NCBI GenBank assembly: GCA_964612745.1
Contig: CAZTCH010000003.1
Span: 61,931 to 125,930, forward strand
Source: an uncultured Candidatus Saccharibacteria bacterium
GTDB lineage: Bacteria; Patescibacteriota; Doudnabacteria; UBA920
Direction of reading: 5' to 3'
DNA: 64,000 nt
Made by a program: the position numbers and the translations under genes. Positions within the stretch are counted from its first letter, which is position 1, and each line of letters begins with the position of its first letter. This document shows, piece by piece, positions 9,781 to 22,892 of this stretch. Under the pieces are notes generated by a model. The model made no database searches and was not told the DNA's origin. It saw only the letters and a list, made by a program, of their open reading frames with translations.

Positions 9781-10275
9781 ATGGGCGGTCTTTCAAAAAT
9801 TGGTTTAGACTTCAAAAGTGTACTGTTTTATTTAGTGAATTTTGGGATTATCCTTTGGGTATTTACTCGGTTTTTGTATCGTCCATTGCTTGCGTTTATA
9901 GATGAACGAAGAGCACTCATAGCTCGTAGCTTGCATGAAGCGGAGCAGTTGCGACAAGATGTTCGCGCAGCGGAAATGAGTCGAGACAAAGAAAAGTCAG
10001 AGCAGGCAGAGCGGATTCGCTCTGAGCTTGCAGATCTAAAAGCGAATGGGGAAAAGCAGGTGCAACAAATAATTGCGGAAGCACAAGTAGAACGAGCTCG
10101 AATAGTCGAGCAGGCACGGGCTCAGGTGGAGACGTTGCAGGCAACCCTTGAGAAGCAAGCAGAGGATGAATTAGTTACTCGAATTAGTGCGGTAGTAGAG
10201 GCTGCGGTGCGTAAAGAAATGAATGGGGAGCAAGCAGCGGTAATTATTAAGAAAATGTGGCGCGAGCAAAGATAG
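9781..10275 (+). CDS. atpF: ATP synthase F0 subunit b
   Basis: LVNFGIILWVFTRFLYRPL..FIDERR followed by coiled coil. Confidence 0.9.
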   Translation: MGGLSKIGLDFKSVLFYLVNFGIILWVFTRFLYRPLLAFIDERRALIARSLHEAEQLRQDVRAAEMSRDKEKSEQAERIRSELADLKANGEKQVQQIIAEAQVERARIVEQARAQVETLQATLEKQAEDELVTRISAVVEAAVRKEMNGEQAAVIIKKMWREQR

Positions 10276-10296
10276 CTCTTCGCAAAATCTAAAAGT

Positions 10297-11805
10297 ATGC
10301 AACAGAAAAAAGTGGCACGAGTTACGCAGGTATTGCAGAAATCAGAAAAAGCAATCAAAGAGTACACTGCAGCGCCGGCACATGAGCGTGGCGAGATTGC
10401 ATGGGTCAGAGATGGGGTGCTTTTAATTACTGGGCTCTCTGGTGTGGCAATGGGGGAGTTGTTGGTTGTAGAGGAGTCTGAATTGTCGGTGTTGGTAATG
10501 CAGGTTGAGAATACGAGCGCATATGCAACTGCATTAGGGGATAGCGAGATGGTTCGACCTGGGCAAGCTGTGCGTAGGACTAAAATGACTGCTCATATTG
10601 CCGTTTCAGACAAACTTATCGGCCGTGTTGTTGACCCGCTCGGTGCTGGTCGTGATGGGCTTGGTTCACTTTCTGGCGGCACAGCAATGCCACTTGAAGC
10701 GCTTGCGCCGAGTGTTATGGATAGGCAGCCAGTCACTGTTCCACTCCAGACAGGTGTCACAGCTATTGACGCGCTCATCCCAATTGGAAGAGGGCAGCGT
10801 GAGTTGCTTATCGGAGATCGTCAAACTGGCAAAACAACGATTGCGCTTGATACGATATTAAACCAGAAAGACTCTGGTGTGATTTGTGTGTATGTGTCAA
10901 TTGGGCAGCGTGATGGTAAGACTGCGCAAGTAATTCAAACACTCATGGAGCGAGGGGCGATGGCATATACTGTGGTGGTTACTGCGTCTGCTTCTGATCC
11001 AGCGGCGTTGCAATACTTAGCTCCGTACGCAGGTGCTGCAGTGGCAGAGTTTTTTATGGCGCAAGGAAAAGATGCACTTGTGGTGTACGATGATCTGACA
11101 AAGCATGCAGTGGCGTACCGTGAGTTGTCCTTGCTGTTGCGCAAACCACCTGGTCGTGAAGCTTACCCTGGTGATGTGTTTTATATTCATGCTCGGTTGC
11201 TCGAGCGTGCTGCGAGGTTGTCTCCAGAATTGGGTGGTGGTTCTATGACTGCACTTCCGATTATTGAAACACAAGCAGCAGATGTCTCTGCATATATTCC
11301 GACAAATGTTATTTCTATTACCGATGGACAGATATTTTTAGAGCCCAAACTATTTCATAAGGGGATTAGGCCAGCAATTAATACGGGTGTTTCGGTCTCG
11401 CGTGTTGGTGGTGCTGCGCAAAGAAAGGCCATGAAGAAAGTGGCGGGGCAGGCAAAGTTGTATTTAGCGCAGTACACTGAACTTGCTGCATTTGCACAAT
11501 TTGCATCTGAACTTGATGATGCGTCTAAACAACAGCTTGTTCGGGGTGAGCGCTTGGTAGAAATACTAAAGCAAAGTCCGCACATGCCTCGGGCTTTGTG
11601 GCAGCAGGTCGTGCTTTTGTGGGTAGCTATGCATGGATATTTCGATGCGTTCGCGGTAGATGGGGTGGGTGCGCGGGTCGAGTCTCTGCTCGGGCACGTG
11701 CAAACAAATTTGCCTGAGTTTATTGAAGAGGTGGAAAACTCTGGAGAGCTTTCTCCTGCAATAGAGCAGAAGCTCGAAGCATTAGTTCAGTCCGTAGTAG
11801 CATAA
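10297..11805 (+). CDS. atpA: ATP synthase F1 subunit alpha
   Basis: PIGRGQRELLIGDRQTGKT, PPGREAYPGDVFY, SVSRVGG. Confidence 0.97.
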   Translation: MQQKKVARVTQVLQKSEKAIKEYTAAPAHERGEIAWVRDGVLLITGLSGVAMGELLVVEESELSVLVMQVENTSAYATALGDSEMVRPGQAVRRTKMTAHIAVSDKLIGRVVDPLGAGRDGLGSLSGGTAMPLEALAPSVMDRQPVTVPLQTGVTAIDALIPIGRGQRELLIGDRQTGKTTIALDTILNQKDSGVICVYVSIGQRDGKTAQVIQTLMERGAMAYTVVVTASASDPAALQYLAPYAGAAVAEFFMAQGKDALVVYDDLTKHAVAYRELSLLLRKPPGREAYPGDVFYIHARLLERAARLSPELGGGSMTALPIIETQAADVSAYIPTNVISITDGQIFLEPKLFHKGIRPAINTGVSVSRVGGAAQRKAMKKVAGQAKLYLAQYTELAAFAQFASELDDASKQQLVRGERLVEILKQSPHMPRALWQQVVLLWVAMHGYFDAFAVDGVGARVESLLGHVQTNLPEFIEEVENSGELSPAIEQKLEALVQSVVA

Positions 11806-11811
11806 AATATC

Positions 11812-14547
<2,736 letters not shown>

Positions 14548-14612
14548 ACAAATTGGTGTAATACCAAAGGAGTGTCGGTACTTTGCAGTATGTAACTGTG
14601 TAATACAAAATC

Positions 14613-15008
14613 ATGCAGGTGAAAACAAAATTATCTCTTATTGCTTTGCTTGTGTTGGCGTGTGTTATTTCTGTGGTTGCATACTCTCACGTCAGTGTTC
14701 GACGTGCTCCAGTAACAGCGAGTGCTGACACTGCTCAAGGCGTGAGTGTTGGTTCGCCCTTGAAAGATGTGTCGGCGCGAGGTGTTTTTATATACGCCAA
14801 TAACGAAGCACTGTTCTACCCGCTAGAAGTGTTGCGTGGGGAAGTACTAGACGGTGAATTGCAAGGGGTTGCATTTCGTATTGACCCTACCGCCCCAGAA
14901 GCAAATATGGTTTCGTTTACCGGTAGCCAAAAGTTGCCGTATGAACTACTACCGTACTCGGAAGCGGTATTTCAGTTTCCGGAAGTACGTGTATACGAGG
15001 TGCAATAA
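14613..15008 (+). CDS. Hypothetical exported protein
   Basis: N-terminal hydrophobic anchor; 131-aa ORF. Confidence 0.55.
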   Translation: MQVKTKLSLIALLVLACVISVVAYSHVSVRRAPVTASADTAQGVSVGSPLKDVSARGVFIYANNEALFYPLEVLRGEVLDGELQGVAFRIDPTAPEANMVSFTGSQKLPYELLPYSEAVFQFPEVRVYEVQ

Positions 15009-15080
15009 AGCAATCACCATACGCGGCGCGTTTGAATATGTTTACCAAATAAAAAAGGCGCCATTGCTGACGCGAGAGGG

Positions 15081-15299
15081 TTATCGTTTTGATTTTGGCT
15101 CTGAATTGGCTGAGACCATAGCGGTAATGTTGTGCCTTTCAGCTTGGTCAGGTCCAAGAGACTCAGTAACAGAAGACTGTTGATGTTGAGTGCCGTGGAG
15201 GGCCATTTGGATGCGTTGTCGCCGCGTGGGCTGTGCGCTACTAGCTTGCTGTGTTATTACCTTTGGTTTCTTTTTCTTCTTCTTTTTCTTCTCCTTCAC
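15081..15299 (-). CDS. Small Lys-rich orphan protein
   Basis: GTG start preceded by AAAGGAGG; in frame with the 15081..15395 ORF. Confidence 0.5.
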   Translation of the reverse strand: MKEKKKKKKKKPKVITQQASSAQPTRRQRIQMALHGTQHQQSSVTESLGPDQAERHNITAMVSANSEPKSKR

Positions 15300-15413
15300 T
15301 GTTTCCTCCTTTGTAGTCGTTGTTTCTAAGACTGATTTTAGCGTAAGCGGCACATGGTACGCAAGTCGCACGGCAGTTTTTCTGAAATGGCACACAGTGG
15401 TATACTATGGAGT

Positions 15414-16436
15414 ATGAATCCACTTATATACGCACTATTTGCAGTACTCGGTTTGGGGATTGTTGTCCTCTTGTTTATGTTATTTGGGCTCAAAAAGAAG
15501 CTCGAAACTCCACAGGAGAGTGAAAGCTTACGGGTCATGGCAGATTGGATGCGTCAAATGAAAAATGACACAGAAGCTTCCCGTCACGCCATGGACAGAA
15601 ACATTGCCGAAACAAACAAACAAATCAATGAACGCTTAGATAACGCAGCAAAGGTGATTGGCGATTTGCGCCAACGCTTGGGCACAGTCGACCAAATTGG
15701 TCCTGACATTCGCAGGCTTGCAGAAACACTTGCAAGCCCAAAGCTTCGTGGAAACTTTGGAGAAGAAATGCTCGAGCGTATGCTGGAGCAAGTGCTACCA
15801 AAGTCTAGTTTCCAAGTGCAGTATAAATTTAAAAATGGTGAGACCGTCGACGCGATTGTTCGGTTTGGTGACAATATTTTGCCAATCGACAGTAAATTTT
15901 CCATGGAAAATTTTCGGCTACACAAAGAAGCGCAAGACGAAAAGCTCAGTGCAGATTACAAAAAACTTTTTTATAAAGACGTTAAAAAGCGCATAGACGA
16001 AATACACAAAAAATATGTACTCCCGCAAGAGGGGACGTTTGATTTCGCACTTATGTATGTGCCAAGCGCGGGGGTCTACCAAGAGATTATTGTAGACAGC
16101 GATATTATTGAATACGCTCGGGGCAAGGCAGTCATACCAGTTGGGCCAAACGATTTGTTTATATACCTACGAAACATAATTGTCTCGCTTCGTGGACAGC
16201 AAGTAAACGAAGTGGCAAAAGAAATTTTGGCAATGATTACCGGTATCCGCCAAGAAAGCGACAAGTTTGGTAAAAACTTGGATGTACTCGCAACACACGT
16301 AAAAAATGTGAACAATACCATGGGTGTGGTGAGTAATGACTTCACGAAGCTTAAAACCAGCATAGGAAACGCAGCAAGCTTGCAGCTCGATGCAAAAGCA
16401 GAACCCGTGCCCCAATTATTGGACACTGACAGGTAA
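15414..16436 (+). CDS. rmuC: DNA recombination protein RmuC
   Basis: N-terminal TM, RGNFGE, PIDSKF, KYVLPQEGTFDFALMYVP. Confidence 0.9.
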   Translation: MNPLIYALFAVLGLGIVVLLFMLFGLKKKLETPQESESLRVMADWMRQMKNDTEASRHAMDRNIAETNKQINERLDNAAKVIGDLRQRLGTVDQIGPDIRRLAETLASPKLRGNFGEEMLERMLEQVLPKSSFQVQYKFKNGETVDAIVRFGDNILPIDSKFSMENFRLHKEAQDEKLSADYKKLFYKDVKKRIDEIHKKYVLPQEGTFDFALMYVPSAGVYQEIIVDSDIIEYARGKAVIPVGPNDLFIYLRNIIVSLRGQQVNEVAKEILAMITGIRQESDKFGKNLDVLATHVKNVNNTMGVVSNDFTKLKTSIGNAASLQLDAKAEPVPQLLDTDR

Positions 16437-16513
16437 CTGTATTTCAATTGAGTTCTTCATCTCATCTCAGAAGAAACTATGAACGTATATAAGTCTTATA
16501 ATCAAAATAACTG

Positions 16514-17950
16514 ATGAAATATAAATTGTTCTTATTTCCAATTTTGTTTGCAGTAGTGGCAGGCGTATTGGCAACTAGTTATAGTGAAGAGGCTGATATT
16601 CTTTTTAGTATCCCTGCATTTTTTGTTTCAACAATTGCACTCGTTGTATATGTAGCCACACTCTCCCGGATGCATTATATTGCGGGGCAAGTGCTGACCT
16701 CATTGGTCGTAAAGCGTATAGTGTCATTTTTTAGCGCCGCAGCTTTTATTGTCTCTGCGGTTGTTGGGTCGGTATACACATTCGGTGCTATGGTGTCGAC
16801 TCTCATGCTCTACATCGCCATTGCTGGGCTGGTGTTGTCTACAGCGTTGGTGTGGAATCCTGCCTTGAAACTGCGAAATCACTGGCTTGCAGTCACACTT
16901 CTGTTTATAACTGTTATCGCATTGGGTGTAGCAGGGGTACATGAAGCTCAAAAATTTGATGAACAGCGAGATGTACTGTACGGTAATACAGAAGGGTTTA
17001 AAATAGCTACGGACTGCGACATATTTACTTATTCAGGGCTAAAAGCTGAATGCTTGAGGTCTTATGCAGAAAATACTAATGGGGGAGTTGCTGTATGTCC
17101 TCCGAAAATTGATGCGACTAGCTTACAATGTTATGCAGTTAAGGCTAGTCGAGAGCAAAATTATAAAATATGTGAAAATGATGATTTTCTAAAATACTAT
17201 AAAAAATATCCGTATGAGGGGTGGATGGAAAGTGGTAATGGCGAAATCGACGGGCAAGACGGAGCACTGCGCTGCAAAATAGAGCTTGTAACTGCTTCGG
17301 TTGGAGAGGTCGACAAGGAGTATTATGAAAACTTACCTCGACGTTTAGTTGTCGACATTTTAAAACCGCAAATTAGTTCGTCTTGTAAGTTCGTAACCCC
17401 TAACGATTTGTGTGAGCGTGCTGTTGCTTCCAGATTGAGCAGTAAGTTTAACTTAAATGAATCATTTGCACTAGCTGAGCTTGGTGAAACAAAGTCTTTA
17501 TTTGAGTGGATGGTTCGTTACTCAAGTACGCTGCGTAATCGGAGTGATCTAAAAAATTTCTTTGAGCGACAGTTACAGTTGGGTAGCGCTAGCAGCGAAA
17601 GCACTGTTGCGTTATACAGCAAATATCGCAATTCTTTTTTTGAAATTTTTAATGCTGGTAGTCGAGGTGTCGATCAAGTTAATTTTGTAGTAACTGATTC
17701 AGACAATTCCAACGTTGTAGATTTTGTACTCCAGGTTGGTTATGCAATAGGTTCGGGAGCAGAGAAGGTTGCTGAAATTCCAGTTATTTCAGATGGACAA
17801 GTTCCGTACGTGGCTCAAGTTTACAAATACCGAACTAACCCGAATTATTATAAAGTCCTTTATAAGTTTACTGACGGTGATAAATATTTATTTTTAACTT
17901 CTGAAAATGTGGGGCTTGGGTATGAAATTGCCCAATCTGTAACAAAGTAA
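16514..17950 (+). CDS. Hypothetical membrane protein with Cys-rich extracellular region
   Basis: About 5 TM segments followed by spaced Cys repeats; AT-richer sequence. Confidence 0.6.
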   Translation: MKYKLFLFPILFAVVAGVLATSYSEEADILFSIPAFFVSTIALVVYVATLSRMHYIAGQVLTSLVVKRIVSFFSAAAFIVSAVVGSVYTFGAMVSTLMLYIAIAGLVLSTALVWNPALKLRNHWLAVTLLFITVIALGVAGVHEAQKFDEQRDVLYGNTEGFKIATDCDIFTYSGLKAECLRSYAENTNGGVAVCPPKIDATSLQCYAVKASREQNYKICENDDFLKYYKKYPYEGWMESGNGEIDGQDGALRCKIELVTASVGEVDKEYYENLPRRLVVDILKPQISSSCKFVTPNDLCERAVASRLSSKFNLNESFALAELGETKSLFEWMVRYSSTLRNRSDLKNFFERQLQLGSASSESTVALYSKYRNSFFEIFNAGSRGVDQVNFVVTDSDNSNVVDFVLQVGYAIGSGAEKVAEIPVISDGQVPYVAQVYKYRTNPNYYKVLYKFTDGDKYLFLTSENVGLGYEIAQSVTK

Positions 17951-17954
17951 TTTT

Positions 17955-18545
17955 ATGTCAATAAGAAATCCGGATCAGCGTGTTGGTGTGTTTGTGGATG
18001 TGCAGAACTTGTACTACTCTGCACGGCACATTTACAACAGTCGAGTAAATTTTACAGAAATTTTAAAAGAAGCCGTGGGTAACCGCAGGCTCATTCGCGC
18101 AATTGCCTATGTCGTGCAGGCAGACATGCCCGAAGAAAATACTTTTTTTGAGGCTCTGGCAAAAGCAGGATTCGAAGTGAAGAAAAAAGAATTGCAAACA
18201 TTCGCCTCTGGGCACCAAAAAGGGGACTGGGATGTGGGTATTGCCATGGACATTGTAAAGCTCATGCCAAAGCTTGATGTAGTAGTGTTGTGCTGTGGCG
18301 ATGGCGACTTTGTCCCGCTTTTGGAATATCTCCAAATGTCTGGTCAGTTAACCGAAACTATTTCTTTTGGGAAGTCTACCAGCGCAAAGATTAAAGAACT
18401 TACAGACCATTTTGTAGATTTGGATGCAGACCCAAAGCGCTTTTTGATTCCTACTCGTTCTGCTACCCCTGCGGGTAAGCGTGGAAAACCTTCTGCTGCA
18501 GCTACTGCCGCAGAGAAAAAGTCTCGCAGTATTTTTGATTACTAA
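17955..18545 (+). CDS. NYN domain (LabA/DUF88) protein
   Basis: VFVDVQNLY, KGDWDVGIAMD, GDGDFVPL. Confidence 0.9.
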   Translation: MSIRNPDQRVGVFVDVQNLYYSARHIYNSRVNFTEILKEAVGNRRLIRAIAYVVQADMPEENTFFEALAKAGFEVKKKELQTFASGHQKGDWDVGIAMDIVKLMPKLDVVVLCCGDGDFVPLLEYLQMSGQLTETISFGKSTSAKIKELTDHFVDLDADPKRFLIPTRSATPAGKRGKPSAAATAAEKKSRSIFDY

Positions 18546-18655
18546 TTGTCCACGGATACACGGATTACACAGATAGCACGGATATCTGAGGATAGGTTAT
18601 GCAGTGCTTGTTGGTTTGTTTATATGGTTCAATGTTTAATTGTTTATATGATTTT

Positions 18656-19099
18656 ATGAAGGTTGTACTAGATACCAATGTCCTAATCGATGGATTCAAG
18701 GACGAATACAGTTACGAAAAGCGAATTATAAACGAAGTTATTGCGGGGAATATTGAGGCGTACGCTAATAGGCAAACAGTGCAGGAGAACAAATTAATTT
18801 TGCATCAACTCCTGCAAGGGACAGATTACGAACAAGAACTGAACGACTTCTTTGCGCAAGTGACTTTTGTGGTGAATCGACGGCGGATTCATGTAGTGCC
18901 AGACGAAGAAGATAACAAGATTCTTGAAAGCGCAGTCGAAGCTGGCGCGGAGTATTTGGTTACCAGCGATCGTGATTTGCTGGGATTGGGTGACTATGGC
19001 GAGATCAAAATTTTAAAAGCAATAGATTTTTGGGCACGCTATAAAGACGAAGACCAAAACACTTGGAACGAATGGGCAAGCTTTTTGACTGGGAAGTAA
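18656..19099 (+). CDS. PIN-domain protein (putative toxin family)
   Basis: VVLDTNVLI, DEEDNKILESAV, LVTSDRDLL. Confidence 0.85.
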   Translation: MKVVLDTNVLIDGFKDEYSYEKRIINEVIAGNIEAYANRQTVQENKLILHQLLQGTDYEQELNDFFAQVTFVVNRRRIHVVPDEEDNKILESAVEAGAEYLVTSDRDLLGLGDYGEIKILKAIDFWARYKDEDQNTWNEWASFLTGK

Positions 19100-19106
19100 T
19101 TTCGGT

Positions 19107-19191
19107 TCTCCTCCTTTCTAAGGAGGAGTTAGAGGAGGTGGGGCACTTTTAGTTCTGCACCTCACCTAGCCTCTCCTTAGAAAGGAGAGGG
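19107..19191. repeat. Inverted pair of REP-like palindromic units upstream of the DUF559 gene
   Basis: tctcctcctttctaaggaggagttagaggaggtg (19107-19140) and its near reverse complement (19158-19191). Confidence 0.8.
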
Positions 19192-19205
19192 ATAAGACAA
19201 ACGTT

Positions 19206-19562
19206 ATGTCTATAATCGTAAACCGTCCTGAACTCAGAACTTTGCGAAAAAATCTTCGCAAAAACATGACGCAGCCAGAACAAAAGCTATGGTATTATTT
19301 GCGAGATAATAACTTAAACGGTTTTAAATTTCGTAGACAATATAGCTTTCTAAATTACATCGTAGACTTTTATTGTGTTCAGGCTAAGCTTGCTATTGAG
19401 ATCGACGGGGATTCACATTACAACACCAGAGCGCAGACATATGACTTGGTGCGCACTGAAAGTTTGCGTAAAGCTGGAATTACAGTTCTTCGATTTACTA
19501 ATGATGATGTGATGCGTAATATAGAAGGTGTGCTCGAGAAGATTCGAAGTTTGTTACAATAA
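19206..19562 (+). CDS. DUF559 / Vsr-like endonuclease
   Basis: LRKNMTQPEQKLW, FRRQY, YIVDFYC, IEIDGDSH, VLRFTN. Confidence 0.9.
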   Translation: MSIIVNRPELRTLRKNLRKNMTQPEQKLWYYLRDNNLNGFKFRRQYSFLNYIVDFYCVQAKLAIEIDGDSHYNTRAQTYDLVRTESLRKAGITVLRFTNDDVMRNIEGVLEKIRSLLQ

Positions 19563-19567
19563 TCACA

Positions 19568-19690
19568 ACCTCTCCCTAACCCTCTCCTTTCTTGGAGAGG
19601 GGACAGGAAAATGCTACCCCTCCTCTTCGAGAGCCTGAGGGCTCCTCAGAGCCTCGAACGGCTAACCTCTCCTGTCCCAGGAGAGGAACC
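19568..19690. repeat. REP-like palindromic units downstream of the DUF559 gene
   Basis: acctctccctaaccctctcctttcttggagagggga and a second interrupted unit ending ctaacctctcctgtcccaggagaggaa. Confidence 0.75.
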
Positions 19691-19715
19691 CAGAGGCGCT
19701 GTAGAAACAGAACCT

Positions 19716-22700
19716 ATGGCAGACTTACTAGAAAATTTAAATGCGGAACAGTTGCAAGCGGTCACACACCAGAGTGGGCCGTTGTTGATTGTGGCTGGTG
19801 CGGGTACGGGGAAAACAACGGTTATTACTCGTCGCATCGCATGGCTTATCCAACAAAAACTTGCGAAGCCAGAACAAATTTTGGCACTCACCTTTACCGA
19901 AAAAGCAGCAAGTGAAATGGAAGAGCGAGTCGATTTACTCATGCCACTCGGATACGTTGATTTTTGGATTTCTACGTTCCATGCTTTTTGTGAACGCATC
20001 TTAAAACAGCACGCACTCGAAGTGGGGTTGTCCAATGACTTTAAACTGCTAGACGACACACAGCAGTGGATTTTGATTCACAAAAATTTAGATAAGTTTA
20101 AACTGGAGTACTATAAACCGTTGGGTAACCCGAGTAAGTTTATTGGCGCGCTCTTGCAGCACATTAGCCGCTGTAAAGATGAACTCATAACTCCAGAAGT
20201 GTACAAGGCGTATGCAGACACACTGGCAACGCAAGAGCTTGCAGCGCAGCTGTTACCCGATACCGAAAGTGGTACAGAAGAATTGCGCATTCGCGAACTT
20301 GCAGAAGCTTTTCGGGTGTACCAGCAACTACTGCTAGACAACGACTACTTAGATTTTGGAGACTTAATAAACTACACGCTGCACCTGTTCCAGCAGCGTC
20401 CGGCAGTGTTGGAGCATTACCGCCAGAAGTTTAGCCATATTTTAGTGGACGAGTTCCAAGACACTAACTACGCACAATACGAATTGGTGCGGCTTTTGGC
20501 GCAACCCCCTAAAGAGGTCAAAAGTCAAAAGTCTATCAAGTCTGAACGGCCAGACTCTGGCGTGAAGACGTTGGACGTTCAACGTTTGACTAATTTGACG
20601 GTAGTGGGGGATGATGACCAATCCATTTACAAATTTCGTGGGGCGAGTGTTTCGAACATTTTAAAGTTTAAAGACGACTTCCCCGAGTTAACGCAAGTAA
20701 CACTGACCCAGAACTATCGGTCCGTGCAGTCAATTTTGGATTTGTCGTATAAGCTCATTCAAAACAATAATCCTGAGCGGTTGGAAGTAAAGTTAGGCAT
20801 TAGCAAGCGACTCATTAATCCAACGGAAGTCGCAGGTGGAGAGCCTGCTTTGGGGGGTCCCGCAGAAGGCGGGATAACGAGTAAGAGTGGGGAGATACAA
20901 GTACTCGAAGGGCGAGATTTGAGTGATGAACTTGATCTGGTCGTTAAGAAAATATTACAGCTCAAAAAAGAAGCTCCAGAAACGAGCTGGAATGATTTTT
21001 GTATTCTGATTCGCTCGCGTGGAGCAAGTGACGAAATTTTACCACGCCTTGAAGCTGCGGGTATTCCGTTTACGTACCTCGCGAACACGGGGTTGTACCG
21101 CAAGCCGTTGATTGCAGATTTGATTGGTTATTTAAAACTACTCGACAACTACCACGACTCGGCGAGTGTCTTCCGTACGCTCAATTTCCCACACTTTCAA
21201 TTGCCTGTCCAAGATGTGGCGCATATTACTCAGTACGCACGGAAGTACACGCTGTCTGTGTACGAAGTACTACGCAAAGTGCAAGAGGCTCCCGAGACCG
21301 AAGGGCTGGAAAAAATAGAAGCAAAGAGTCGGGCGACTATAACTGAACTACTTGGGCTTATACATACACACACAGAACACACAAAAACCATGAGCGCTGT
21401 GGAAGTCTTTGTGCACGTTATAAAAGATTTACATGTGGTGGATTTCCTGGAAGAAGAAACTTTAGAAAATGTGCAAAACAGAGAATTGCTCGAACAGTTT
21501 TACAAGAAGGTAGAAACGTTTGAGCAAGACAAAGTAACGAGCGACAAGTCGCTGAAAGCATTTTTGTTTGATTTGGAATTGGAGCTTCGTGCAGGGCACG
21601 ATGGCGACATTAAGTTTGACCCGAACCAAGGTCCGGAAAGCGTGAAGGTGCTCACTGTACACGCTTCTAAGGGGTTGGAGTTCCAAAATGTGTTTATCGT
21701 AAACTTGGTGGACCAACGTTTTCCGACTCGTGAAAAGTCGAGCGGTATAGAAATTCCTGAAGCGCTGGTAAAAGATATTTTGCCCGAAGGAGACTTTCAC
21801 CTGCAAGAAGAGCGACGGTTATTTTATGTAGCAATTACTCGAGCAAAGGCTCGCGTGTATTTTTCCTGGGCGAAGGATTACGGCGGATCTAGAGCAAAGA
21901 AGCCGTCCATTTTCTTGCAAGAGTTGGACCTTGTGCCAAGTGACAAAGTAAACAAAGCGACAGGAAAAGTGGTGTTTACCAAACCAGATGAGCACCCAAG
22001 GCGCGAGGTGTACCAACAACTCCCTACACGTTTTTCGTACAGTGCGATTAACACTTTTTTGCGTTGTCCATTGGAGTACAAGTACGCGCACTACTTAAAG
22101 TTGCCACTGCCCGGAGCAGCACCACTCAGTTTTGGTATAACCATTCACGGTACATTGCAAAAGTACTTAGAAGAGTATCAGCGGTCTGTGGTGGCAGCGC
22201 AAATGGATTTGTTTGATGGGCACCCTGTGGTCACACTGCCAAGCCTCGAACGACTGCTCGAACTCTATGCAGGGGAGTGGGTGGATGAATGGTACCCCAC
22301 AAAAGCCAGCAAGGAAGGGTACAGGGAAAAAGGTGTTACGGTGTTGCAGAATTTTTACAGCTATTCTACGCAACATGCCCCAAAACCAAAGTTTGTAGAA
22401 AAGGCATTTAGTTTGCCCGTGGGCGAGTTTGTGTTTACCGGAAAAATCGACCGTGCCGATGCAGCTCCGGAAGGTTTAGCGATTATTGACTACAAAACAG
22501 GAACCCCAAAGAAAAAGAAAGGGGACGAAGACGTTGACCAGTTGCGCATTTACCAGTGGGCATGCCAAGAGCAATTTGGGGAAGCTGTTGCTTCTATGGC
22601 GTATTGGTATTTGGAGAGTAACGAGTTTGTAGACATGGAAGTGGCAAAACCAGATGAGCTTTTGGACTTGCAAGAACGCCTCCTCAAAACAATTCACGAA

Positions 22701-22787
22701 ATACGTGATGCAGTGCGCTATGACCGTTTTGCAGAGCTGCACAAAAAAGCAAAGCAGCACACCTGCAACTTTGAAGACTTTGCTTAG
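19716..22787 (+). CDS. UvrD/PcrA-family helicase fused to a C-terminal PD-(D/E)XK nuclease (AdnAB-like)
   Basis: AGAGTGKT, LTFT, DEFQD, VGDDDQSIY, TVHASKGLEF, EERRLFYVAITRA; then FSYSAI..CP, GKIDR, IIDYKTG. Confidence 0.9.
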   Translation: MADLLENLNAEQLQAVTHQSGPLLIVAGAGTGKTTVITRRIAWLIQQKLAKPEQILALTFTEKAASEMEERVDLLMPLGYVDFWISTFHAFCERILKQHALEVGLSNDFKLLDDTQQWILIHKNLDKFKLEYYKPLGNPSKFIGALLQHISRCKDELITPEVYKAYADTLATQELAAQLLPDTESGTEELRIRELAEAFRVYQQLLLDNDYLDFGDLINYTLHLFQQRPAVLEHYRQKFSHILVDEFQDTNYAQYELVRLLAQPPKEVKSQKSIKSERPDSGVKTLDVQRLTNLTVVGDDDQSIYKFRGASVSNILKFKDDFPELTQVTLTQNYRSVQSILDLSYKLIQNNNPERLEVKLGISKRLINPTEVAGGEPALGGPAEGGITSKSGEIQVLEGRDLSDELDLVVKKILQLKKEAPETSWNDFCILIRSRGASDEILPRLEAAGIPFTYLANTGLYRKPLIADLIGYLKLLDNYHDSASVFRTLNFPHFQLPVQDVAHITQYARKYTLSVYEVLRKVQEAPETEGLEKIEAKSRATITELLGLIHTHTEHTKTMSAVEVFVHVIKDLHVVDFLEEETLENVQNRELLEQFYKKVETFEQDKVTSDKSLKAFLFDLELELRAGHDGDIKFDPNQGPESVKVLTVHASKGLEFQNVFIVNLVDQRFPTREKSSGIEIPEALVKDILPEGDFHLQEERRLFYVAITRAKARVYFSWAKDYGGSRAKKPSIFLQELDLVPSDKVNKATGKVVFTKPDEHPRREVYQQLPTRFSYSAINTFLRCPLEYKYAHYLKLPLPGAAPLSFGITIHGTLQKYLEEYQRSVVAAQMDLFDGHPVVTLPSLERLLELYAGEWVDEWYPTKASKEGYREKGVTVLQNFYSYSTQHAPKPKFVEKAFSLPVGEFVFTGKIDRADAAPEGLAIIDYKTGTPKKKKGDEDVDQLRIYQWACQEQFGEAVASMAYWYLESNEFVDMEVAKPDELLDLQERLLKTIHEIRDAVRYDRFAELHKKAKQHTCNFEDFA

Positions 22788-22838
22788 TCTTACCTCACTT
22801 ACGCCAAGGTAACATCTTTTTTTCCGCTTTAAATACTT

Positions 22839-22876
22839 TGTCTAATTTTATTCACAAATGTGAGTAAAATTAGACA
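22839..22876. repeat. Palindrome copy 1 overlapping the promoter of the PaaX/Cas2-like gene
   Basis: tgtctaattttattcaca-aa-tgtgagtaaaattagaca (18-bp arms, 1 mismatch). Confidence 0.9.
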
Positions 22877-22892
22877 GTGGTATGATATGAAT

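Noticed and set aside
19592-19715. N-terminal extension of the helicase from 19611
   Set aside because: Runs through palindromic repeats; ATG 19716 directly precedes the conserved LN.EQ motif
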